In this document: positions 13,075 to 26,889 of the stretch, piece after piece
Numbering within the stretch: the first letter of the stretch is position 1
Layout of the letters: every line of letters starts with the position of its first letter
From: Octopus bimaculoides
Taxonomy: Eukaryota
Direction: 5' to 3'
Length of the DNA stretch: 64,000 nucleotides
Assembly: GCF_001194135.2 (NCBI RefSeq)
Contig: NC_068984.1
Coordinates: forward strand, 21,387,357 to 21,451,356
Position numbers and translations under genes: made by a program
Notes under the pieces: model-generated
Told to the model about the DNA's origin: nothing
The model's input: only the letters and a program-made list of their open reading frames with translations
The model's database searches: none

Positions 13075-13479
13075 GTGTGTGCACACATGCTATTGTCCTG
13101 CATGTGCAACCCATCGCAATTAGAAAGACTCACAAAACATATTCACTGCGTGCAGTTTTCTGGCTACAGCCAAAGGGACAAGATCAGAATGTACAAAGGG
13201 GCCAGAGCTAAGTACACAGCTATCAGAGAGAATGATGCAAATGGGATCTGCTTGCTATACAGGAGTAAATCCTGGAATAGCATAGAAAAGACCACAACGA
13301 AGATAGTTATGGCTAACTCAGTGATGTTACCCTTTGTGATGAACTAGCATACCTTTTTAGGAGAACCTTAGATAATATGAATCTACAAAATAAAGTAGTA
13401 GAAAGGCCAGGGACCCCATGATATATCTGATCTGTAAAATATATCTATCTGAAAGGACCCCATGTATGGATAACAACTG

Positions 13480-13790
13480 TATAATATGTAGGATGACTCC
13501 ACAAGTAAACTGTAAGATTAGGTATGTAGTCTATAGTATGTGGTGTACTGATGAACGGTGAAGAAACAAGACAACAACAAACATTGGGGAGACAGCACAT
13601 AGCATAGGTGAGTGGATAGGTGAACACTGACAGGAGCTCAAGGAGGGGAAAAGCCCATCAGTTCTCTACCAACATGCCCAGTTAGAACATAGAGGTTTGG
13701 TTAATAGCATAGACATTAAAATATTATATGTGTAAAAATAAATAAGCAAACATTGAACACGGTTAAATGGAAGGATGTAGCTTGATCTCT
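13480..13790 (+). mobile_element. Penelope-like GIY-YIG remnant
   Basis: NIGETAHSIGEWIGEH*QELKEGKSPSVLYQHAQLEH...IKIL. Confidence 0.6.
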
Positions 13791-13944
13791 ACATTACAGT
13801 AATTAAAAACCCAAGCTATACTCTTATGTTCAGCTAAGTCTAATGTTAATTTGCTTTTATACAGTTGAAGATTCTTCAATATGAAACCATTCGGTAACAT
13901 GAATTGGATGTTATAAGACTAAACTTATAATGTTGTATAAATAG

Positions 13945-14013
<69 letters not shown>

Positions 14014-14689
14014 CACATACATATATACATTCATGCATATACGCATATACATATTTATCTTACACACACACACAATATGTAGATAGGGTTATAATCCAAG
14101 TTGTATCCTCATGAAGCACATCTGCATATTCCACTTCTCCACAGTGTATTTGTAGATATTATGATCAATGTGGAAGTTGAGAATACCAGAGAATACTGTT
14201 AAATACAGGAAAATATTTTCCTATACACACACACGCACACATATATATATATATATATATTTGTGTGTTTGTGAGTATACACATGCGCACATAATTTATA
14301 TCTCTTACTCTGTTCTGTTATAGCCTATTAGTATTCATATTATGGATTTGCTATAAGTGATAATACAAAAGAATTTTAGTGTGATATTGGCCTATGTTAG
14401 CTGCTAATTGCTGTAGCATATCTCCTGATGGTTAAGTAGCAGATAGATTGTCTATGATTTTCACATGGGAAGAGACTAGAATTGCCAAGCTTATCCAGTA
14501 AAAGGATGTTAATATTTATTTCAATGTGAAATTTATTTAAATGTCACTTGGCATAGTTAGTAACATGATTGTCCAGCAAGTGAAAGATGTGTGACTTGAC
14601 TCTTATGGTATGATCTTAGACCATACATGTAGGTACCTTACATTTGTATGTGTGTGTGTCCGGGGTGGGTGCTGGTGCAATGTCTCAGC

Positions 14690-15090
14690 CAGAATCAAGG
14701 TGACATGCTGGTTGAACAATATTGTATACAGTGACATAACAGCAAAGAGACAGGCTTGGAAGAATGGAAGAAAGAAGGCAGCACAGAGAAAATGGAAACA
14801 GCTAGAAAGGAAGCCAAACATCAGGTATATATCACATGGGGAGAGGCAGAAAGGAAGAGCTGCACACGTTCTATGATGTGAGGATCAGAAGCACAAGGTG
14901 ATCCGCATAGCTATACAGTGTACTAGATACTATGAAGATGTCAGGGAGAAAAGTGTATGGAATGATAACAGCACAATCACTGTCACTGACATTGAAAAGT
15001 AAGAGGCATGGAAGAGATATCATGAAAGATTGTTGAAGGTGAAAAATGCATAGGAAAGAGAGCATCTTCTATGTAGACCCTACAGAGGGA
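14690..15090 (+). mobile_element. RTE LINE fragment (pre-RT region)
   Basis: AKRQAWKN...EAWKRYHERLL, homologous to KKEAWRSHYERLLN at ~37070. Confidence 0.75.
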
Positions 15091-15639
15091 CCTGATGCAT
15101 ATATATATATATATATGTATGTATATCTATGTGTGTGTGTCTTTATGTCTGTATTTGTTCCCCATCACAGCTTGATAACTGGTGTTGGTGTGTTTTCATC
15201 CCTGTAACTTAGCAGTTCAGCAAAAGAGCCTGATAGAATAAGTATCAGGCTTAAAAAGTAAGTACTGGTCGATTCATTTGACTAAAAATTCAAGGTGGTG
15301 CCCCAGCATGGCCACAGTCTAATGACTGAAATAAGTAAAAGATAAAAGATAACCCCTTTAGAATCTGTCCCATTGGTTGCTGTTTGCACACCACTTGCCT
15401 TTCTGTGCTACCAATTATCTTCCATTTTTCTCAAACTATTCTGTATGACAGATTTTACGATTTATATTCTTCATTAACCCATATTAACCCACTGTCCTTG
15501 TTTGAGGACAGCTGTATTTGGTTTATTTACTGCAATAAAGGTTAACTGGATGTTTCCATATGTTTGTTGTCCCTATTTATATAACTATCTTCAAAATTTC
15601 GACAGGGTTAACCTGGGTTAAACTGGGTTAACCACTGGG

Positions 15640-16240
15640 ATTGGAAAATTGAGCAAGAAGTTGTCTATGAAATTACTGTTTCTTTTGAAGTCTCAAATTG
15701 CTGCATTATTATCTGCAAACAAGTCTGCAATTTTCTATGTTCTGAAACTAATAGGCGTTGATGCTGTTTCATAGACCTTGGGTTTAAAATCATTGTGGAA
15801 GTCTTCTTCCCCAAGGATGATGTTACTTACTGCATCTTGATAGTTTCAAGTGAAATAGGGGATGTTAAATTACTTTTGATTTTTTAGTAAGTGCTGGAAG
15901 TAAATATCTAGATTTTGATTTCAAATGTAAGCCTACTTTGGCGCTTACAAGTCTATGGTCAGTCCAGCATTCTGTTCTGCTCATTGTCAGTACACTAAAA
16001 ATGTCTTTTCAGTCAACTGTGCAGAATAGAACATATATACCCTCAATGCTGAAAAATGTGTTATTCTCCAGTTTCAGGTGACAAGAAATAAATCTTTCTG
16101 CTGTAGTACTTGGATATTCTTTAAGTGATGATGCAATTGTGTTTTTTTGTATCACAAAACCTACACCTGATTTATTACACTTTCCAAAACAATGTATATT
16201 CACTTCCGTCTTTAGTAAGTTGCTCTGCATCATGGAAATA
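15640..16240 (-). mobile_element. Degenerate RTE LINE endonuclease/linker fragment
   Basis: GVGFVIQK...ERFISCHL...IYV; DHRLVSAKV; VYETAS...KIADLFADN. Confidence 0.7.
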
Positions 16241-16599
16241 TGTTTCAGACAGGGCTGTTACGTCAATGTTATATGTTCATACATATATCTTTTATCTTTT
16301 ACTTGTTTCAGTCATTGGACTACAGCCATGCTGGAGCACTGCCTTAAAGAGTTTACTTTAACAAATCAACCTCAGCTCTTATTTCTTAAGTGTGGTACTT
16401 ATTCTATCAGTCTTTTTTGCTGAATAGCTAAGTTATGGGAACATAAGCAAACTAGCACCAGTTCTCAAGTGGTGGTGGGGGACAAGCACAGACATAAAAA
16501 CACACACCTATACACATAATGGCGGTGCCCCAGCATGGCCACAGCTCATGAGCTGAAACTAGATAAAATGAAAAAAATGAAAATATATGTATATATATT

Positions 16600-16975
16600 A
16601 GAGAGGAATGAAGTTGGTATGCTCCACTGGATGTGCAATGTCAGTGGGCATAAACTACAAAGTGCTGCTGTATTGAGAGAAAAGTTAGGGATAAAAGTAA
16701 TTAGATATAGTTTGTAAGGGAGAAGGCTGTCATGGTTTGGTTATGTAATGCATATGAGTGAGAACAGCTGCATAAAGAAGTGCTGATTGCTTAAAGTGGA
16801 TAGATTTTCTGGAGGAAGAAGACCCAGGAAGAGACAGAATGAAGTATTGAAGGTCAATCTCAGGATGTTGAGCCTTATGGAGGAGATGACAAAGGACTGA
16901 GATGATTGGCATTTTGCTGTGCTCAAAAAGACCCAACCACCACAGCAGAAATGATAGCCTAAAACCACCTTGGTA
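16600..16975 (+). mobile_element. RTE LINE C-terminal fragment
   Basis: ERNEVGMLHWMCNV...LREKLGI...RLSWFGYVMHM...GRRPRK; same family as 35.3-35.7 kb. Confidence 0.8.
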
Positions 16976-16999
16976 ATGCTTGTGTGTGTAAGTGTGTGT

Positions 17000-17540
17000 G
17001 GAGAGATGTTGCCCCACCTTAACTCTTTCTGCCCCGTTAAGCATTTCCCCCCACCCATCTCATCCCCTAACACTCATCACTTCTCTATCTATGGCACTAT
17101 TCTGTTGCTGTACTCACCTCAGAACAGAACAGGCTCATCCTACATCCCCTCCTTTTGGTTACCTTTCTCCTTACTTCATCCCTGGATCCGCTTCCATTTC
17201 TCATTATCCTCCCTGCTCACTATTTCCACCAATCACTTCCTTTCTGAGGCTTCAACCATTGGTCTGTCTCCTCTGCTGTACTCTATCATAAACGACCACT
17301 CTTATCTGCTCTCAATCTCAATGTCCTCACATATCTACAATAGCCTCAACACCAAGCCATTCCTATATTTCTCACCATAACTTGCTGCATTCACTGCTAC
17401 TCTTTTTCTAACCATCTCTCCTCACATTCTGATGAAACTTACGCTTCTATCACACCTGCCCACTCACCTTATTCAGTCCTCTGTACCATTTCACTTATAT
17501 TCACCTCTCTTGAGAATAGGTCCCAACAACTCCACCTCCA
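17000..17540 (+). mobile_element. Penelope-like RT C-terminal remnant
   Basis: DHSYLLSISMSSH resembles the PLE DSHSYLxYxSSHP motif; heavily degraded. Confidence 0.4.
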
Positions 17541-18483
17541 CCACCTCTCTATCTCTTCTCTCTCTCTATCTCTTCTCTCTCTCTATCTCTTCTCTCTCTC
17601 TATCTCTTCTCTCTCTCTATCTCTTCTCTCTCTCTATCTCTTCTNNNNNNNNNNNNNNNNNNNNNNNNNNNNNNNNNNNNNNNNNNNNNNNNNNNNNNNN
17701 NNNNNNNNNNNNNNNNNNNNNNNNNNNNNNNNNNNNNNNNNNNNNNNNNNNNNNNNNNNNNNNNNNNNNNNNNNNNNNNNNNNNNNNNNNNNNNNNNNNN
17801 NNNNNNNNNNNNNNNNNNNNNNNNNNNNNNNNNNNNNNNNNNNNNNNNNNNNNNNNNNNNNNNNNNNNNNNNNNNNNNNNNNNNNNNNNNNNNNNNNNNN
17901 NNNNNNNNNNNNNNNNNNNNNNNNNNNNNNNNNNNNNNNNNNNNNNNNNNNNNNNNNNNNNNNNNNNNNNNNNNNNNNNNNNNNNNNNNNNNNNNNNNNN
18001 NNNNNNNNNNNNNNNNNNNNNNNNNNNNNNNNNNNNNNNNNNNNNNNNNNNNNNNNNNNNNNNNNNNNNNNNNNNNNNNNNNNNNNNNNNNNNNNNNNNN
18101 NNNNNNNNNNNNNNNNNNNNNNNNNNNNNNNNNNNNNNNNNNNNNNNNNNNNNNNNNNNNNNNNNNNNNNNNNNNNNNNNNNNNNNNNNNNNNNNNNNNN
18201 NNNNNNNNNNNNNNNNNNNNNNNNNNNNNNNNNNNNNNNNNNNNNNNNNNNNNNNNNNNNNNNNNNNNNNNNNNNNNNNNNNNNNNNNNNNNNNNNNNNN
18301 NNNNNNNNNNNNNNNNNNNNNNNNNNNNNNNNNNNNNNNNNNNNNNNNNNNNNNNNNNNNNNNNNNNNNNNNNNNNNNNNNNNNNNNNNNNNNNNNNNNN
18401 NNNNNNNNNNNNNNNNNNNNNNNNNNNNNNNNNNNNNNNNNNNGGTATATTTATCTATCTATATCTCTCTCTATCTCTCTCTT

Positions 18484-18514
<31 letters not shown>

Positions 18515-19739
18515 ATATATATACAAAGGTATATCTATATATATAGTCGTACAAATAACCCCAGGACTTATTCTTTGTGAGCCTAGTACTTATTCTATCG
18601 GTCTCTTTTGCCAAACCGCTAAATTATGGGGACATAAACACACCGACATCGGTTGTCAAGTGATGGTGGGAGGACAAACACAGACACAAACACACAAATG
18701 TCTGTTATATGTGATATATATACATAAAACATGGTCGCAGTCTCAAGGCTGAAACATATAGAAAGAATAAAAGAATATATAGATATACATAATATATATA
18801 CATGTATACATATATACATAATATGAATATATATACATAATATATATATATATATATATACATATAATATATATACACAGAAAAACATATAATATATATA
18901 GCGTGAAAAAGTGCCACACCCTAACAGTTGAGGGAACCCGTGGAAGAGNNNNNNNNNNNNNNNNNNNNNNNNNNNNNNNNNNNNNNNNNNNNNNNNNNNN
19001 NNNNNNNNNNNNNNNNNNNNNNNNNNNNNNNNNNNNNNNNNNNNNNNNTGTGTGTGTTTGTGTGTGTTTGTGTGTCTATGTTTGTCTCACCACCATCACT
19101 CGACAACCAGTGTTGTTGTGTTTTACGTCCCCGTAACTTAGCAGTGTGGCAAAAGAGACCGAAAGAATAAGTACTAAGCTCACAAAGAATAGGTCCTGGG
19201 GTTGATTTGTCTGACTAAAGGCGGTGCTCCAGCATGGCCGCAGTCAAATGTCTGAAACAAATAAAAGAATATATGTGTGTACACCTATCTATCCATGTAT
19301 ATATGCATGTGTGTGAGTGTGTATTGTGTGTGTATAGACACACACACACACACACATATCAGTATAATGCTGTACAAAATCTGCTACATTTGAGCAGAGC
19401 AACTTATCTTCCCTTAAGCTACTATCCATTTTGTACTTCGTATACTTATGAGCTCCCTGAAATGAGCTCTAACCAAAAAACATGGGGTCAGTGTAATCAA
19501 TAGAAACTCTTAATGATAATGCCACAGTATGGCTGTAGTCTAGTAACTGAAGCTAATTAATGAATAAAAGTTCAAATTAATGAAACATCATCAATATTTA
19601 TAGATAAGACAGATATGCACATTTGTTTATATGCAAGGAAAATCAAGATCAAATGCTTGTAGATGTTATGTCTTTTAAGTTCTATGTAGGAGAACATAAA
19701 AGAGCTGAATCCTACCGTTTTTATATGATTTAATTACAT

Positions 19740-20100
19740 GTATTGTTGTCATTGTTGTCATCATCATCATCATCATCATCATCATAATCCTTGTTGTCAT
19801 AGTTGCCACCACCACCACCACTACCATACTCCTCCTCTTCCTCCTCCGCCGCTGCCGCCTCCTCCTCCTCCTCCGCCTCCTCCTCCTCCTCCTTATCATC
19901 ATCTCACATACTACTCTGCCTCTGGAACTGCTACCAAATCCACATCTATCCCCTCCTCCTTCTCCTACTTTTAACCCCCACCTTTTCCACCTCTTCATCA
20001 TCATCATTAATTATCAGTGTTGTCGTAGTCAGCAGCACCACCACAACCACAACCACTATCATCATCACTATCATCATCCTCATTACCATTACTGTTGTTA
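19740..20100. repeat. Compound trinucleotide microsatellite (CAT/CAC/CCT)
   Basis: Read directly from the sequence. Confidence 0.9.
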
Positions 20101-20789
20101 ACAATTTACATCTGTGTTTCAGTACTGGTATGTGTTAGATGGTTCTCACTGTGTCTTGCCATCTATCACAGTTCTTAGTTATCCGACAAACATGATGTTG
20201 TGTATATCTCTTATTTCTCTTTCTCCTTTCCTTTTTTTGCTTGGCTTTTATGACCAGATATGCTTCCTACATACCAGCAGCCTTCAGATGCAGTTTCATG
20301 CCTTACCCAAGACCAATAGTGTATCTATAATTACATTATCTCTGTATCCGTGTGTCCTATTTTTAAGATGGTAGCCTCATTATTGGTTCTATGTTGTTGT
20401 CCTGAACAAACCTATGTCACCAGTACTAGACTTGTTGTCTATGGTAAATGTCTCCTCAAACTTGTACATCTTAGAGGGGTGCTTTTAACTTATGATAGAG
20501 TTGCAGGGGCACCATCATGGGTTATGACATGTCTTAGGTATTTTATACTTTGTGAAGCCCATCCCTCTCTGAATCTCAATTCAGACAATTTCTTGCACAC
20601 ACAATGAGAGAGAGGTGGGGAGAGATAAAACAACCCAGTACTGGACTGATGTTTTACTGGAAGGATGAAAATCAGAGTTGACCTCACAGGGATTTGAACT
20701 CAGAGTACAGAATGGGAGATGACTAGTGCAAAGTATTTTATCTGATGTACTAAGGACTCTACCAGCTTGCCATCTATAATTTGTTGCTA

Positions 20790-21252
20790 TTCTTTTGTTC
20801 TTGCACTTGTTCCATCATTAGACTGCAATCACGCTGGGGCACAGCCTTGAAGGGTTTTAGTTGAACAAATCGACCCCAGGACTTGTTTTTTTAAAGCCTA
20901 ATACTTATTCTATCGGGCTCTTTTTCTGAACTGCTAAGTTATGGGGACATAAATACACCAATACCAGTTATCAAATGGTGATGGGAGGACACACACACAC
21001 ACACACACACACACTCATACACACACACACACACACACAGACATACACACACATGCACACGCATACAGACACACAGACACACAGACACACATACACACAA
21101 CACCCTTTCAGTTTCTGTGTACCAAATCCACACACAAGGATTTGGTTGGCCCAAGGCTATAGTAGAAGACAACTGCCCAGATGCCATGCAGTGGGACTGA
21201 ACCTAGAACCATGTGGTTGGGAAGCAAGCTTCTCACCACACAGCTACACCTG
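20790..21252 (-). mobile_element. Composite SINE (head, (TG)n, 3' module)
   Basis: Same module order and orientation as 56162-56626. Confidence 0.7.
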
Positions 21253-24200
21253 CTATGATAAACTTATTCCAGTCATTCACTCCTTATAGAGTCAAGGCTG
21301 TCAATGACTTTTCTCCACAGTTCTTGGCTCTGGTCAGTCTTTCCTGCTTCTTTCCAGTTGGATCACCACTTCTTTCCAGTTGGATCACTATGATTGATAC
21401 TAGCTGAAGACACAGCACATGAAGATTGAAAGAAAGATACTCTACTCCTTTGGTTATAGGGTTACTGAATCAGGACTGACCTGGAGCAAGACCCTTGAAC
21501 AAGACCAAAGCCATCATATACAGGAATACCTTTCTAAACAGTGTTGCATAAAGTCTGCTCATGCAACAGAAGCTATGTCTTAATTTTAAATAATATTAAA
21601 GTAAAACTTCTAGAATAGAATGAAAACAGTCAGTTTATTTTTGTATTTTGGGATGGTCATTTTATTTTTATTTATATTTGTCTTGTAGATAAAAAAATGC
21701 TTGTGACAAATCTCAACCACAATTATGCTATAGTTAAGCAAGCAAGCTTTACTTACTAATTAAAACATCTCAATATAACTATGCATTATGCTAATGGCAT
21801 AATGCATAGTTATGACAAGCTGTCTCAAGATCAATAAGGGAGCCACTATGTAGGCACTCAATCTTTTTAAAAATAGCAGCCAAATTCCAATCAAATCACA
21901 CCCAGTTATCTCAGAAAGCAGATGGAATAATTATGACTACAACTCCTTTGATCATAAGTTTACTTAATCTGGTTTGATTTAAGGTTGGTAAACACTATCA
22001 ACATCAACAACAACAACAACAACATGGTGTAAACTAATATGCTGAAAATTTTCTTTTATATCAAACAAAGGGTCAGTCTCAAAATGTTTGATTCCTCTTC
22101 CCTTCATAGCAAATGAACTCAGGAACATCACTGTATAACTTGCCATACAGTTCAACCCCCACCTCCCCCCTCAGTTTATTTGCTTTTACTTACATGTCCA
22201 TCACATACCAGCAAATCTGCATTTGCTGCATTCCTCCCTTCCTTCCTTGGGCTCTCATCTCCACATGGTGTCCCTGGGGTGCAGTTGTGACACACACCCT
22301 GTTGTGGGTATTTTAAACCTGACATAGCCCATCTCTTTCCAAGTCTGATCACAGATGATTTCTTTCAGAGGGACAGGGAAAGAAGGAGAAAAAGAAGAAG
22401 CAGTAGTTGCTCTAATAGTAGTAGTAGTAGTAGTAGTAGTAGTAGAAGTGGTGGTGGTGGTGGTGGTGGTAGTTAACTGAAATCTAAATGATGGGAAATG
22501 TCACTGTTATTTATTTATTCAGAAACTAGCAGATTCCAGTGATCAACAATAACAACAACAACAACAACATGGTGATAATAGTAAGTAATGGTTTCTTTTA
22601 TTTGCAATAAAGGCCTGAGATATTGGATACAGTACGAAGGTGAGATACAAAAGAAAACAATATATAAAAGTGAATTGAGTTTTACATTGAATAAAAGAGT
22701 GATTTCAGTAGTAACAATAAAATCCCCCCTCCTCCTCCTTCTCCTCCTCCTCCTCCTCCTCCTCATCATCATCATCATCATCACCATCAACATTTGTCAT
22801 CTGTTTTCTATGCTGGTATGGGTTGGACAGTTCAACAAGAAATGACAAGTCAAAAGATTGCACCAAGCCCTGCTGTCTGTTTTGGCATGGTTTCTTATAG
22901 CTGGATGTCCTTCCTAATGTCAAACCACTTTATAGTTTATGTGTGGTGTCAGCAGCAGGGAAGTCACCAGGTAACTTGAAAGACAAAAGCCCTCAAAAAA
23001 CGAAGTGGGGGATTATTGAGGAACAGACAAAAAAATGTCTTGCGTTAAAAAGTTAACAAGGCTGCTTCAAGCAGGAAGAGAGTGGAGGGAGTGAAAGAAG
23101 CGAGAGAGAGAGAGAAGATGCAAAGGTGTGATGGAGAGTGGTCTAGGGATTGGAGAGGGTATGCAGTAATTAATAAATAATAATGGTTTTAAGAATATAG
23201 AACAACCTCCAGAATGTTGCCAACTACCTTTATTTCCAATGTGTTTGATGCCATAAAGCTGACATTGTGTACATATATAGACACAGCTCTTTGTCTCAAT
23301 TTAAACAGGATATCCCTCAATGTCTCCAGTCTCCACAACAATGGTTCCAGCACCAAAACACACAGAAAAGATAAGTGGGAGTATCTTTGATAACCCATTG
23401 GAAAAGAAATAAACAATTTGGATACCATAGTCCAATATATTTTCAAAGAAAGATAGGATGAACATGACTAGAATATTATTAACCATGGATCTATTCAATA
23501 AATGTCGACCTGGGGCTAAATTGCAAAGAGTTTGCTGTGGGCGTATGAAAAATTTGCTTCTGTACAAATGTTGTCTTTCTTTGCAAAGTAAGAGAGCATC
23601 CATGCAAGTAACCATCTTCAATTATAAAAAATTCGATTTCATCTTGAAAATCTTGTGTGCTCATTTTGTTTTGCGTTTATTGTTTCTTGTGTGCATTAGT
23701 TGTAAAATATGTGTGTGCATGCACAAATACACGGCTTAGCAGAAACATTGGTCTACAGAAAACTAGATGGGTCGAGCCATTGTGAATTATGTCTTGGCCA
23801 TGACAATGCAGTACTGGTAATAAGATATGAGTCAATATAATAAGCACCAATAATATCCTGAGATTGATTCCATTGACTAAACTATTTCTCTGTGAAAACT
23901 TCTCTCTATGTCAAAGTAAAGAATCAATAATTAAGGTCATAGACAGTAAAAATGGCCAATACAATGAAACCAGACAAAATGCATTACAGTATTTAGTTTT
24001 GTTTCATTCAGTTAAGTGTTCATATCATCTAAGATTCATTACACAAACACCTAGAATCTACCATCAGTACCTATAATCTACTAACGTCAATTAAATATGC
24101 TATACTCTAACTCTATAAATTATTGGTTATAGGAGGCTCTAAAACATTGAGTTGGGGAACAGAATAGGGAAATTTTAGAATAGATGTGAAGATATATAAT

Positions 24201-24706
24201 TTATATTTGGCAGATAGATTTTCAAGTGATGCCATTCATTAAATTTAGCATTCCTTGAGTTGGTATTACTACCTATTGTTCTGCATCAGATCTCTTTTAT
24301 AATCCAATAGTCAAAATAAATTTTAAAGCAAGATATTTCTATCATTAACTACTGCTAAATTTGGCAATGTTTGCTCTTCAGAATTGTTTTTATTTCTTCC
24401 CTGTTGGAAGTGTCTGTAAGTGCTACCTATTATTTCTGACCTCAAAGCATTGATTATATTAAGTTTATATAACAAAGTAACTATCAGACAGTTTGCAAAA
24501 TCCTGTGAAGAACAAAAGTACACTGATAGAACAAATATAATTTCTGTAGACTGGATAAAAACCATTTTTAGATTTAGATGACCTAAATCTTTAAATCTTT
24601 AAACTTTGAGAAAATAAATTTGTATTTTCACCAAATGTTATAAATTATCAAACATTTTAGATTCATTCAGTATATCTACTCCATAACTCTTGTCATATAT
24701 AAACGT

Positions 24707-24737
<31 letters not shown>

Positions 24738-24977
24738 GCTTCATCATCATTTTAAGACCACTTTTTTGTGTTTCCATAGATCAGACAGAGTTTGTTGAGT
24801 CAGGTTTCCTATGGCTGGATTCCATTCTTGTCACTGACCTTCGTCTGTTTTCAAGTAAGGTAATATTTCGTGTAGCCAGACATGTTTCCAGAGATGACTG
24901 GAAGTAAAGGACATTGCTTGCATGACAATGATACTTGTTTACAACAATCATGCCATGTCTAAGCAAGATGACAACAT

Positions 24978-25015
<38 letters not shown>

Positions 25016-25018
<3 letters not shown>

Positions 25019-25233
25019 TTCTTTTCTACTCTAGGCACAAGGCTCGAAATTTTGGGAGAGGAGGCTAGTCGAATAGATCGACCCCAGTACGCAACTGGTA
25101 CTTAATTTATCAGCCCCGAAAGGATGAAAGGCAAAGTCGACCTCAGCAGAATTTGAACTTAGAACATAAAGACAGACATAATGCCATTAAGCATTTTGCC
25201 CAGCCTACTAACGTTTCTGTCAGCTTGCCGCCT
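25016..25233 (-). mobile_element. tRNA-derived SINE, family A
   Basis: Head GGCGGC(A)AGCTG(G/A)CAGAAACG, B-box GTTCAAATTC, body GCCTTTCATCCTTTCGGGG...AAGTACCAGTT. Confidence 0.8.
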
Positions 25234-26678
25234 TCGCACACACACACACACATATATATATATATACACATATGATGGGCTTCATTCAGTTTTCGTCTAC
25301 CGCATCCACTCAAAACTCAAACATATCAGTGATCTTCAGTTTCTCCTTTACACAAAATGTTACCAATACATTCCATCATTTGTTTCCTCAGATACTTTAA
25401 TAATTTGTATTATTTTAATCATCACCCCTCACTTTGAGCTTAGACCTTTGTCAAAATCTTCAAAGGAGACATTTGCTCAAGGTGCCACACAGTGAGGCTG
25501 AACCTCAAATCCTGTTGTTGGGAAGCAAACTTCTCAACTACACAGCCAAGCCTGCACCTATATTGCATGTCTGTAATATGTAAAAGGCACCTATGCCGGT
25601 GACACACAAAAAGGCACCTGTGCTGGCGACACACAAAAGGGCACCCATGCTGGTGTTACAAAAGACATCTAGTACACTCGGTAAAACACTTGGCATTAGG
25701 AAGGGCATCCAGCCATAGAAACCAAGCTAAAGCATATGACTGGAGCTTGGCGCAGCTCTCTAGCTTATCAGCTCCAGTCAAATCCTCTAACCCATGCCAA
25801 CATGGAAAACAGATGTTAAATGATGATGCACACATGTGCTTGTGTGTGTGTGTGTGTGTGTAATGAATTTCTGTAATGTTTCTGTCAACCAAATTTATAC
25901 CTGAGACTAGAACAGTAGGATCAAACTCAGACTCACATGTTTGTAAAGCAAACTTCTTGGTGTGTCAGTATGGTTCAGAAGTTTGCTTCCTAACCACATG
26001 ATTTCTGGTTCAGTCCCAATGTATGGCACCTTGAGCAAGTATCTTCTACTATAACCCCAGGCTTGTGAGTGGATTTGGTAGGTGGAAACTAAAAGAATCC
26101 CATTATACATTTGTGTGTGTTTGTGTGAGTTTGCATTTTCCTTGTTTTTACTGGTTTGTTAATAATGACTTCTTGATGGTATCATATGATTGAAGTCCAC
26201 CACAAAAACATATCCAGGTTATTTGATATGTCTTGACATGTCTGATTTTGTAAAAAAAAAAAAAAGAAAGGACTCATGAACATGGGATCAGTTGTTTCCT
26301 GCTCTCTACATAAAACATGTCCAAGGTGTTTGATATTTGATAGACTACGAGATGATTACCCAACTTGGAAACAAGAAGGGTTTGACATCAGGAAGGGTTT
26401 CTGACTGTAGAGCCTCTGCTGCAGTGTACTTACATGTAACCCATGCAAACATGGAAAAGTAGGCATTAAAGAAGATGATGTTTATGATGGATGATGGAAG
26501 ATGCTGGTTTTATATTGTCTGAAGATTGTCAGATATGGAAATGGTTGTCATGATATGTTAACCTATACATCAAAAATACCACGATGTATGTATGTATGTG
26601 TGTGTGTGTCTGTGTGTGTGCATGCGTGCATGTAAAGTTCGTACCATTTTCAAGCTGTTATCTTAATTCTTATGATGC

Positions 26679-26856
26679 TTACTCAATCGTCAAACTTCTC
26701 TTGATGTCATGCCACTCAGCTCCCTTTTTACAAGTAGGTACATAACAATATTGCATAAATGCCTTAACGAATCCCATTTGAAGATTACTGCTTTTCTTCA
26801 CTTTCCTAAGCAGGGTAGCTACATTATTTTGCGTTTTAAAGATGCTGACAATATAA
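26679..26856 (-). CDS. NOXRED1: NOXRED1-like terminal coding exon 5 (stop TAA at 26679-26681)
   Basis: Acceptor ttttctttttgcag|T, phase 2. YIVSIFKTQNNVATLLRKVKKSSNLQMGFVKAFMQYC...LTIE*. The five exons total 1086 nt = 361 aa, close to the ~359 aa human protein. Confidence 0.75.
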
Positions 26857-26889
26857 CTGCAAAAAGAAAATAAATGAATGAATGTATTT

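Noticed and set aside
24323-24565. Minus-strand ORF as an alternative NOXRED1 last exon
   Set aside because: Its acceptor gives a stop after five codons in the required phase; 26679-26856 fits both phase and length.
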